Shown here piece by piece: positions 18,020 through 27,800 of a stretch of 64,000 nt of DNA (the first letter of the stretch is position 1; each line of letters starts with the position of its first letter). The notes under the pieces are model-generated. The model saw only the letters and a list, made by a program, of their open reading frames with translations, had not been told where the DNA came from and did no database searches. Both the position numbers and the translations under genes were made by a program. The stretch comes from a virus. Its lineage: Duplodnaviria; Caudoviricetes. The stretch covers positions 1 to 64,000 of IMG/VR virus record IMGVR_UViG_3300028888_000004, one strand, 5' to 3'.

Positions 18020-20416
18020 ATGAAGTACTTTGAGAGGTTCCCAAGACAGCAGCTTCGTATGAGTCAGAAGACAAAAAGCTGGCGTAAGAAGCATCTTGAT
18101 TGGGCAAATACAAAGACTTTCTTTAACAGTAGTCCTGTTAGAAAGTCAGTAGTCCATAAGAAGATTAACTATGATCTTCTTAATGGTAGGCTACACATGG
18201 AAGACATGATGGCCATTATAAATCCAGAAAGCATAACTTCTGGGTTCATTCCTGATAAGATACAGCACTATCCAATAATGAACTCAAAGCTTGATGTCCT
18301 TCGTGGTGAAGAATCCAGAAGACCTTTTGAGTGGAGAGCAGTTATTACCAACCCCAATGCTGTATCAAGAATAGAGGAAACTAAGAAACAAGAGACAATC
18401 AAAAGGCTTACCAGCCTTATTCAAGACCAAAATCTTTCTGATGAGCAGTTCTCTCAGGAAATGGAAAAGTTGAATATTTATCTTAAATTCAACTGGCAGG
18501 ATTCCAGAGAGCTGGCATCTAATGAAATTCTTAGGCATTATATAAAGGAGTATAATATGCCTTTGATGTTCAATCAGGGATTTCAAGATGCAGAAGCTGT
18601 CGGTGAAGAGATATATATGTGTGACATAGTTGGAGGTGAGCCTTATGTTGAAAGACTGAATCCTCTTAAACTCAGAGTCTACAAGTCAGGTTTCTCCAAC
18701 AAGATAGAAGATGCTGATGTCATAGTCTACGAAGATTACTGGTCTCCTGGAAAAGTTGTAGATGTATTCTATGACCAGCTTTCTCCAAAAGACATCAAAT
18801 TTCTTGATGAGCTTCCTGATTTGGTAGGGCAGAATTATTCAGACAAGATGGATAATATTGACGAAAGATATGGGTTTGTCAATATGAACATGATGTCTGA
18901 TGAAATTCATTCTGATGGATTCTATTCAGATTACAGTAACCTCTTTAACGAAACTCCTAATACATCCCTTCTTCCTTATGACCTTGCTGGAAATATCAGG
19001 GTACTTAGAATGTTCTGGAAGTCAAGAAGACTTATAAAGAAAATTAAGTACTATGATGAGAATGGTGAGGAGCAGTTCAAACTTAGAGATGAGAACTATG
19101 TTTGTGTAAAAGAAAAGGGTGAAGAGGAGGAATCTATGTGGGTTAACCAAGCTTGGGAAGGAACCCTCATAGGAGAGGACATATATATAGGTATGAGGCC
19201 CAGAGTGGTTCAATACTCTTCTCTTTCTAATCCTTCAAAGTGCCATTTTGGAATAATTGGTTCCATATATAATATAAATGAGTCCCGTCCATTCTCTCTT
19301 GTAGATAGAATGAAGCAGTACAATTATTTGTATGATGCTGTTCATGACAGGCTTAATAAGATGATGGCTAGGAACTGGGGTAAGATAATACAACTTGATC
19401 TTGCTAAAGTTCCTAAGGACTGGAATATTGAAAAATGGATGTACTTTGCCAAGACATCAGGTATCGCTGTTACTGATTCTTTTAAAGAAGGAAATTATGG
19501 CAAAGCTACCAATATCTTAGCTGGAAGCCTTAATAATGCTCAGTCTGGTGTTATAGATGCTGACTGGGGTAATAATATCCAACAGTACATTAATATACTT
19601 GAGTATATTAAGACTGAGATGGGTGAAATAACTGGTATTAACAAGCAAAGAGAGGGTCAGGTATCTAACAGGGAAACTGTTGGAGGTGTAGAAAGAGCCA
19701 CTTTGCAGTCTTCTCATATTACTGAATGGTTATTTGTTACTCATGATGATGTAAAGAAGAGAGTTCTTGAATGCTTCCTTGAAACAGCTAAGGTTGCTTT
19801 TGAAGGAAGAAATAAGAAATTTGAATACATAACATCTGATAACTCAAGAAAGGTTCTTGAAATTGATGGATCTTCATTCGCAGAATGTGATTATGGAATA
19901 GTGCTTGACAATGGTTCTGGAACTGCTGAAATGAATCAGAAGCTTGATACTCTTGCTCAAGCAGCTCTTCAGAATTCTGCACTGTCCTTTAGTACTATAA
20001 TGAAGATATATTCATCTGCTTCTTTGGCTGAGAAGCAAAGAATGATTGAGGAGGATGAAAGACAAATGCAAGAGAGGCAACAACAAGCCCAGCAGCAAGA
20101 ACTTCAGCAGCAGCAACAGATTGCAGAAATGCAAGAAGAGACTAAGAGACAGCAAATGGAAGCTGAAGAGAGAAGGCATCAGGAAGACAATGAAACCAAG
20201 ATACTTGTTGCAGAAATTAATTCCAGAGCAGAGGAGCAGCGATTTGCAATTAAGTATGATGATGAGAATGATGGAATAAATGAAGTGAGTGCTGACAAGA
20301 AAGCTGAGCTTGAGGAAAAGATAAGAGAGTTTGACAAGAAGCTTGAGCTTGATAGAGAGAAACTGAAACTTGAAAGAATGAAGATTAATAAGCAAAGTAG
20401 TAATAAATCTAAGTAA
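18020..20416 (+). CDS. portal protein
   Basis: follows TerL; FPRQQL, IQHYPIM, GINKQREG, ETVGGVER motifs; Q-rich C-terminal coiled coil. Confidence 0.93.
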   Translation: MKYFERFPRQQLRMSQKTKSWRKKHLDWANTKTFFNSSPVRKSVVHKKINYDLLNGRLHMEDMMAIINPESITSGFIPDKIQHYPIMNSKLDVLRGEESRRPFEWRAVITNPNAVSRIEETKKQETIKRLTSLIQDQNLSDEQFSQEMEKLNIYLKFNWQDSRELASNEILRHYIKEYNMPLMFNQGFQDAEAVGEEIYMCDIVGGEPYVERLNPLKLRVYKSGFSNKIEDADVIVYEDYWSPGKVVDVFYDQLSPKDIKFLDELPDLVGQNYSDKMDNIDERYGFVNMNMMSDEIHSDGFYSDYSNLFNETPNTSLLPYDLAGNIRVLRMFWKSRRLIKKIKYYDENGEEQFKLRDENYVCVKEKGEEEESMWVNQAWEGTLIGEDIYIGMRPRVVQYSSLSNPSKCHFGIIGSIYNINESRPFSLVDRMKQYNYLYDAVHDRLNKMMARNWGKIIQLDLAKVPKDWNIEKWMYFAKTSGIAVTDSFKEGNYGKATNILAGSLNNAQSGVIDADWGNNIQQYINILEYIKTEMGEITGINKQREGQVSNRETVGGVERATLQSSHITEWLFVTHDDVKKRVLECFLETAKVAFEGRNKKFEYITSDNSRKVLEIDGSSFAECDYGIVLDNGSGTAEMNQKLDTLAQAALQNSALSFSTIMKIYSSASLAEKQRMIEEDERQMQERQQQAQQQELQQQQQIAEMQEETKRQQMEAEERRHQEDNETKILVAEINSRAEEQRFAIKYDDENDGINEVSADKKAELEEKIREFDKKLELDREKLKLERMKINKQSSNKSK

Positions 20417-20424
20417 TCCTGCTT

Positions 20425-21012
20425 ATGCCACATGTTCTTCATACTATATGGGTAGACAGACAAGAACCTACTAATCCTGATACTCTATGGATAAGACCCA
20501 TGAAAAAAGGTCAGTATGGAGTATATGTTTATGGTGTTCTTGGATGGACTCTGATAACTGCTGAATTCAAAGGTACTATAGGTGAACTTATAGTGTCTCA
20601 GCTTCCTGAAGCTACACCAGAAAGTAATGGTGTAATGTCTGCAGCAGATAAAGCTAAACTTGATGCTCTTGGGATATATTATGGTTCTACTGAATACTGG
20701 AATGAACAGAAATACTTTGTACCTCCTGCTGGAACCATAGTAATATACACTGATTATGAAATAGTAGAAAAAGACGGTGTTGCTACTCCCATTCCAGGAA
20801 TAAAGATTGGAAGTGGTAATTCTTATGTTCAAGATTTGGTTTTTGTTAGTGGGGGAAGAGGGAACAGTGACTTTCAAGAGCATATAGACAACACAGTAAT
20901 TCATGTATCTCAGGAGGACAGAGACAGGTGGGATAACAAGCTCAATGTTACTGACAATCCTGATCCAGATAGAGAAGTTATTGATGAGACTTTAGTATTT
21001 CACAGACATTAA
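20425..21012 (+). CDS. head fibre / fibre-base protein
   Basis: EPTNPDTLWI N-terminus, ATPESNGVMSAADKAKLD fibre repeat, IKIGSG, HIDNTVIHVSQEDR; position after portal. Confidence 0.65.
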   Translation: MPHVLHTIWVDRQEPTNPDTLWIRPMKKGQYGVYVYGVLGWTLITAEFKGTIGELIVSQLPEATPESNGVMSAADKAKLDALGIYYGSTEYWNEQKYFVPPAGTIVIYTDYEIVEKDGVATPIPGIKIGSGNSYVQDLVFVSGGRGNSDFQEHIDNTVIHVSQEDRDRWDNKLNVTDNPDPDREVIDETLVFHRH

Positions 21013-21023
21013 AAAAGTTATAT

Positions 21024-22172
21024 ATGCCTGACATTAGTAAAATTACATTGCCTTCGGGTAATACTTACAACATTAAAGATGCTGTAGCCAGAGAGGCGTT
21101 GTCTGGAGCTGTGTCTTATAATACTGCATGGAATGGTACTTCTACTCCTGTTCCATCTCAGATTCCTGAAGGAGTTACCGTTGTTTACAATGGAACTTCT
21201 TATACAGGAACATTGTCACCAGAGGGAGTTAATTCTGGGTCTTTCTATCTTGTAAAGAGTGATACTCAAAAGGATGAAAAGGATGTTTATGATGAGTATG
21301 TGGCAGTTGGAGAGGCAGGAAGTAAGACTTGGGAGAAGCTCGGAGATACCAAGATAAACCTTTCTGATTTAGGTGAGCTTGCTTACAAGGATGCAGTAAC
21401 CCTCAACAAGGGTGCTGGAGATGTAGTTCTTGGAGAAGGCACTTCTTTTACAAACAGCTCATCTGCAGTAACATTCACTGGAACTCAAACAGATAAGGCT
21501 CTTGGTTCCAATGCTACGTTCACAACAACAGTTACTCCTACTACTACAAACATAAAGGCTACTGCATCTGGTACAACAGTAGCACCCAGTGGAACTGCTA
21601 CTTTTGTAAAATCATATCCTGGAACTACATCAAAGCTTGCTACTACCTCCATTCCTAATGTGACTGGGAATACAAATGTATCTATTCCAAATGTAACAAG
21701 TGTTGGAAGTGCATCCACTTGGAACTTTGCTATGGGTACGGGCAATGATTCAGAAACTCTTATTATATCAGGAAGTAATTCAGTGGTTCCCTCTCTTGGA
21801 ACAGAGCTATCTGCATCTAAAGTTAGCTTGGGAACACCGATAACAGCAGCTACAGGTTCACTTGCATCAAATGGTGGTGGAGATTCTGTCATGACTGGCC
21901 TTGGTACTGCTACTACTGGAGATGCAGTTACTGGTGTTTCTGTGACATCACAACCTACTATTTCACTTTCACAAGGAGCAACTGCTGGAACTGGAGTAGT
22001 GTCTGTTGCTACAGGAATTACATCTGCCACAACTACTACCAATGATAAGGATGAGATTACAGCAGTTATAAATATGGGAACAGGAACAGCAGCTGCTCAG
22101 ACAATTACTGTTGGTAGTGGTGACAAGGTTACTGTTGCCAAGTATAATGACCTTTCTGCATCTGTTTCTTAA
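21024..22172 (+). CDS. Thr/Gly-rich fibre protein
   Basis: YDEYV..WEKLGDT, LGELAYKD fibre motifs. Confidence 0.7.
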   Translation: MPDISKITLPSGNTYNIKDAVAREALSGAVSYNTAWNGTSTPVPSQIPEGVTVVYNGTSYTGTLSPEGVNSGSFYLVKSDTQKDEKDVYDEYVAVGEAGSKTWEKLGDTKINLSDLGELAYKDAVTLNKGAGDVVLGEGTSFTNSSSAVTFTGTQTDKALGSNATFTTTVTPTTTNIKATASGTTVAPSGTATFVKSYPGTTSKLATTSIPNVTGNTNVSIPNVTSVGSASTWNFAMGTGNDSETLIISGSNSVVPSLGTELSASKVSLGTPITAATGSLASNGGGDSVMTGLGTATTGDAVTGVSVTSQPTISLSQGATAGTGVVSVATGITSATTTTNDKDEITAVINMGTGTAAAQTITVGSGDKVTVAKYNDLSASVS

Positions 22173-22182
22173 TTAGACTGTT

Positions 22183-23100
22183 ATGCCAGCTCTCAAAAAA
22201 GTAAAACTCCCCAATAATACTACTGTAGATATAAATGATGCTAGAGTAGTATCTGACGGCATTGTTTATATTGGTGACGAGGCTGGTTCAGCAACCTATG
22301 AAGCTGACGGAACTGTAGTTGATATTTCTGACTTCGCCAGAAAAGATTGGGTTGAGAATAAAGGATATCTCACTTCACACCAATCCATCAAGACAATCAA
22401 TAACCAGTCTATTGTTGGTACTGGCAACATCACGATTTCCGGAGGATCTGGTGGCGAAGCTAATGTTATTGAAGCCATAACTTTCAATGGCTCTGAGGTA
22501 CCTGTAACTGACAAGACTGCTGCTATCACTGCTTCAATTCCTGCAGAAGTCACAGAAAGCACAGTTTCTGGTTGGGGTTTCACGAAAAACACAGGTACAT
22601 ATTCAAAGCCATCTGGAGGAATTCCCAAAACAGACTTGGCTTCTGCTGTCCAAACTTCTTTAGGTAAGGCAGATACTGCACTTCAGTCATATACTGAAAC
22701 TGATCCTACTGTGCCTTCATGGGCAAAGCAACCTGCAAAACCAACTTATACTGCAGCTGAAGTAGGTGCTCTTCCTGACACTACATCAATACCCACCAAG
22801 ACAAGTGACCTCACAAACGATAGTGGATTCATAACTGGATATACTGAGACAGACCCTACAGTTCCTGCTTGGGCTAAAGCTGCTACTAAGCCAACATATA
22901 CAGCTTCTGAGGTTGGTGCATTGCCTAGCTCAACTTCAATACCCTCAGCATTATCTGACCTTTCAGCAGACTCTACACATAGGACTGTAACAGATACAGA
23001 GAAGTCTACTTGGAATAATAAGCAAAATGCAATAACAATTTCATCATCAGAACCTACAAATTCACAAGGTAGTAACGGAGACATTTGGATAGTGATTTAA
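22183..23100 (+). CDS. fibre protein with tandem repeats
   Basis: IKTINNQSIVG, KPSGGIPKTDL, two ETDPTVP.WAK repeats. Confidence 0.75.
   Translation: MPALKKVKLPNNTTVDINDARVVSDGIVYIGDEAGSATYEADGTVVDISDFARKDWVENKGYLTSHQSIKTINNQSIVGTGNITISGGSGGEANVIEAITFNGSEVPVTDKTAAITASIPAEVTESTVSGWGFTKNTGTYSKPSGGIPKTDLASAVQTSLGKADTALQSYTETDPTVPSWAKQPAKPTYTAAEVGALPDTTSIPTKTSDLTNDSGFITGYTETDPTVPAWAKAATKPTYTASEVGALPSSTSIPSALSDLSADSTHRTVTDTEKSTWNNKQNAITISSSEPTNSQGSNGDIWIVI
22690..22975 (+). repeat. 150-nt period tandem repeat (YTETDPTVPxWAK...EVGALP...SDL)
   Basis: copies start at ~22690 and ~22840. Confidence 0.85.
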
Positions 23101-24377
23101 TGGCAACAATAAGGCTCATACCATCAACGTATGCGGTGTCAAGTACATCGTATTTGTCTGTATCTAATGCAGCAAATATGTACCACAACACCGACAATAC
23201 TACTCATGCCACTATCACCAACACCTATGCTTCGACATCGTCAAGATATCTTTATCTAAGAGGATTTAACTTTGATGACATACCTTCTGATGCTATCATC
23301 AATTCCTTTGAGGTAAAGATAAAGGGATATGAGAGTGGGCTTTCTACATCCACCTCTTATGCCCCAAGACTTGCCAATGGTTCATCGGCAATATCAAATA
23401 CTACTGCTACTACCAACTTTGGTACTTCTACAAAAACAATAACTATCCCAACAGGTGCTTTAACCTGGGAACAGATAGTTAACTATGATAGTAATTTTAC
23501 TATCATGGTCTATGTTAGAAGAAGCAGTAGGAATACCACTGGTTACTTCTATTGCTATGGAGCTGAGATTGAAGTTGATTACACTATCCCTGTCTATCAC
23601 AATGTTACAATTACAGGTAATAATGTAATACCTACTGGGACTCAAAGTATCCTTGAGGGAGAGGGCTTAAAGATAAGATGTTCTGATACAGAAAAGCCAA
23701 CAGTAACAGACAATGGTGTAGATGTTACTTCACAGGTTGTTCAGGAAACAGAATCTGGTTCTTCCTACGATGTTACAAACATATCATCTACATATGGGTT
23801 TGCAGTAAATGGAAGTGGCTATTATGAAAGTAATAACCAAGGACATTCAAGCTCTGCTGCTGTATGTAGGATAGACTTTGATGTGCCTGTAGAAGCTACT
23901 ATCACTTTTTCTGTAATAAACTATGCCGAGTCTACCTACGACTATGGTTTGCTTTCAGACATTGATACCACATTAAGCACTAGTGCGTCTGCTGATTCAT
24001 CGAATGTCTATTGGAGTGGCAAGAATAACAATAGTTCTTCTGTGCAAACAGTGACTTATACGATGCCTGCTGGGGAACACTACATCTATGCCAAATACTT
24101 CAAGGATAATTACACTGATGACAATAATGACTCATTTCAATTCAAGGTAGCAATAACTCTGAATGAGTCTTTTACTCCTGGGACATATTGGGTTTACACA
24201 TTGTCAAATATAACAGTAGATCATACTGTTATATTCTCTTCTGGCAGTGTTTCACTGCCTATAAGAGTAAAGCAAAATGGCTCATGGGTAACTCCGTCAA
24301 AAGTTTATGTAAAGCAGTCTGGTAGTTGGGTGCAAGCATCAAAGGTGATGGTTAAAAGTAATGGAAATTGGAAATAA
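23100..24377 (+). CDS. putative receptor-binding / jelly-roll protein
   Basis: beta-rich; YAESTYDYG..GEHYIYAKYFKD domain; C-terminal VKQNGSW repeats. Confidence 0.65.
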   Translation: MATIRLIPSTYAVSSTSYLSVSNAANMYHNTDNTTHATITNTYASTSSRYLYLRGFNFDDIPSDAIINSFEVKIKGYESGLSTSTSYAPRLANGSSAISNTTATTNFGTSTKTITIPTGALTWEQIVNYDSNFTIMVYVRRSSRNTTGYFYCYGAEIEVDYTIPVYHNVTITGNNVIPTGTQSILEGEGLKIRCSDTEKPTVTDNGVDVTSQVVQETESGSSYDVTNISSTYGFAVNGSGYYESNNQGHSSSAAVCRIDFDVPVEATITFSVINYAESTYDYGLLSDIDTTLSTSASADSSNVYWSGKNNNSSSVQTVTYTMPAGEHYIYAKYFKDNYTDDNNDSFQFKVAITLNESFTPGTYWVYTLSNITVDHTVIFSSGSVSLPIRVKQNGSWVTPSKVYVKQSGSWVQASKVMVKSNGNWK

Positions 24378-24388
24378 ATTAGTATATT

Positions 24389-24625
24389 ATGGCACAAGAA
24401 ACAGCACCAATTAGATTTGTGAAGGATAAGAACGATAATGTGTTCTATCCTATCACTCATGAAAAAGCAATAAGAGATAATGATGGAGTAGTTCTGGAAA
24501 CAAAACTTGCAAGTATGATAAGAAGTTCTGATGCTAATAATATAGAAATTATGGAACAGGAAGCCTTTGATGCTATGCAAGATTTGTCAACAGACACTAT
24601 TTACATGACATATGAAGAAGAGTAA
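24389..24625 (+). CDS. small fibre adaptor
   Basis: FYPITHEKAI; EQEAFDAM..DTIY motif. Confidence 0.65.
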   Translation: MAQETAPIRFVKDKNDNVFYPITHEKAIRDNDGVVLETKLASMIRSSDANNIEIMEQEAFDAMQDLSTDTIYMTYEEE

Positions 24626-24628
24626 GCC

Positions 24629-24817
24629 ATGATTTACAAAAATGAAAACGGGAGTGTAAGAGAAATTACGGGAATATCTGTTTTAGGAAAGCAGATAGAA
24701 GCCGTATATCATGGTGCTAGACTTGTATGGAGAAGAATTGCTTCTTGTTTTGGTAGAGGCTATTGGATACAAAACTATCCTTGGCTTGGTGAAGATGCTT
24801 GGAAAAATACAGATTAA
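24629..24817 (+). CDS. small fibre adaptor
   Basis: IEAVYHGARLVW; SCFGRGYW..PW..DAWKN. Confidence 0.7.
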   Translation: MIYKNENGSVREITGISVLGKQIEAVYHGARLVWRRIASCFGRGYWIQNYPWLGEDAWKNTD

Positions 24818-24830
24818 CTTTATATAAGAA

Positions 24831-27800
24831 ATGGCAAAAGCTAATACAAATCCAATAACTAGTATTGAAACTCCTTGGGAGGGACGTGCTGGTTCTTGTG
24901 TAGAGAGATTTTTAAAAGACCAGCTTAAATCTAAAGTAGGAGCTTCGTATTTGGACAGTAATACTAATATTCTGTACTTCTTTGCTTCTACTGCTGATAG
25001 AGCTTCTTGGCTTGAAGATCCTACACAATCAGAGCTTGTTATATCATCTGCACTTATTAATGTAAACTCTAATTTGGTTTACAGGGTACTCATGACCAAT
25101 AACAATGGAACTACGGATATAAACACTGCAGCAAATGTTCCTGAATTGAATCTATCTATAGATTTTGATGTTCAGTTGTCAACACTTGGTAGTTCTGATT
25201 GGACATCTTCTGGCCAAGGTGTTATCATACGTTGTTACTCAGACCTTGGCTCTACTGGCACATTTACTGAAGTTCCAGTTGATAATAACTTCCTGATAGC
25301 TGGTCAGACATTTACTCTGAATGTCATGAAATACATGGCTCCTGGAACTAATAGATTCAAGGTAGAAATGTATGCGGAGGGCTCAAGTACTACATTTAAT
25401 TCAATTACATACTCTGTCAATGTGTCTGAGATGTATGTTGAATTGATGAACAATACTTGGTATCAGCCAGTTATTGAAGGAAATACATCATCATACAAAC
25501 TTGGTGGATTCAAGGTAGTTGGAGACCTGTCAAAGACTATTCACTTTGATGTTTATGCTGAAGGCTCTAATACTCCTGCAAAGACTTTCACAAAGCTTCT
25601 TGGCTCTGCAACTTATATTGATGCTGCATATAATTTTCTTCCTGCTGATGGTTTTAACCTGTCTGGACTTCAGTCTGGAGAATATAAGGTAGATGTATAC
25701 TTGACATCAGACACTCTTGAATCTACACATGTTACATACAATTTTATGTATGTTACTGCTTCTGATTCAAGTACTGCAAAACTCATTGTTATAAATAATG
25801 TTGCAGATTCTGCATATAACTACACTACTTCTACTCTTTGCCAGTATTCTGTATATAATGGAGGATTGTCTACTGCAGATGTTGATGTTACTGTAGCACT
25901 CACAACAGATGGTGTAAGAGAGGTTAAGGTTGACGATACTTATGAGGGTGTTACAACTGGAGTTCTTAATAACTTCACATACTCTGGAGAAATAAGCACA
26001 GAGTCTACAAACATTACTCTTGATGCTACAATAGGTATTGGAGAAGATGTGGAGTCTATTTCAATGCCATTTGACAACTCTTCTACATATCCTGCAGAAG
26101 CTGGATCAGTATTCTATATGAATGCTTCTACAAGGAATAATGCTCAGACAAACAAAGACAAAATTATAAATCTTGCAAATGACTCTGAGATTACTCCAGT
26201 ATGGAGTAATATTGACTTTGTTGACGGCATTGATGGGTGGACTACTGATGCAAATGGAAGAAAAGCTCTGTTAATTCCAGCAGGAAGTTCTGTAGAGATT
26301 CCTTATCAAGCTCTCTATCATGGTGAAGACACTACATTTGAAATTGCATTCAAGGCTGCTAATGTAGCTGATTATGATGAGAATATCATAACTGTTGCTA
26401 CTAATCCAACTCTTGCAAATTTTGCAGGAATAAGGATTAAGCCGACTAATGTAACTGTACACTCTTATTCAGATACTACTGCTACTAACGATACTGAAAG
26501 AGGTACTAACTTTAGGGATGAGGCTGTCCAGCATTTCCTTCTGTCTATAACTAAGAACTATGGTGGAAACAATGGTAAGAACCTTGTAACTGGATTCCTT
26601 AATGGTTGTAAGGCTTTCCAGTTTGATTATCTCACTGGAACAATCTGGGTTAATAATAGCAACATCAAGATTGGTTCTCAAAAGACTGATATCTATGTTT
26701 ATCTTATCAGATCTTATGAGAAGGCTCTTGGAGCAGCAGCTGCTGAACAGAACTATATTAATTCAATGCCTTCTCTTGAAGACAGAGCAATTACTGCAGC
26801 ACTTTTCCAGAGTGCAATCAATGCCAGCACAAGAGAGATATCCTATGATAAGATGATTGCCGCAAGCAGCACATACAACTTCTTTGTTGTAGATATGCTT
26901 AATGGGGCATCTATACCTTCAAGAGCTAATGGTTGGAGTAAAGACTCTAAGGGATATTCAAACTTTGAAATGCACTTTGGAGAGCACCCTGAGTGGGACT
27001 TCAAGCTTTATAATGTAGAAACTTCTGGTCAGGGTACTACATCTATGGACTACTATAGATGGAATCTCAGATTTAGAATAGATAAGAGCAACGATACCAA
27101 GAAGGTTGATGTTGCTTACTATGATGCTCCTACAACATCTGCTGGTAAGAAGAGATATAATGAGCAGCTACCTACAAGTTCAAAGACTGTATACTTTGAT
27201 GGTGGTGCAAATGGCTCTACTCAACAGCATCCTGCACTTAAGAGAATAACTGCCAAGATTAACATGGCATCCTCAATGCAGTCTCATAAGATGGGTGGAA
27301 CTGGGGCTTTCAATGCTCTGCATGATTATATGGGTCTTCAGAATGAGGCTCAGCAAATAGATCCAACAGTTTCAGTGGCTGTCTATGAGTATCCTGCATT
27401 TGGATTTGCCAAGAGAACATCAGCTACAGGAGTTGACACATATACATTTATAGGTCTGTTTACAATTGGTCCTGATAAGGGAGACAAGCCTACATTCGGA
27501 TATGACAAATCTCCTGAAACCCTTATTTCTCTTGAAGGTACTGATCACTCAAGGAAGATGGCTACATTCTCATATCCTTGGAATAGTGATGTACATTTCC
27601 TTGCTTCAAATGAATGTATTAACATTGTCAAGGGCAATAATGACTATGACAATGGACTTGAAGTAGGAAACTGTCATGACCTTTCAACAGATAAGGCTAC
27701 AGACCAAGCAAGTATTGAACTAGTTCTTGAAGAGCAATTCAAGCCTGCATATAATGTTGCTTTCCAGAATTCTACATTGATATTCCCTATAGCCCTTAAT

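Noticed and set aside
20040-20190. CAG/CAA-rich repeat
   Set aside because: Encodes the ordinary Q-rich coiled coil of the portal barrel
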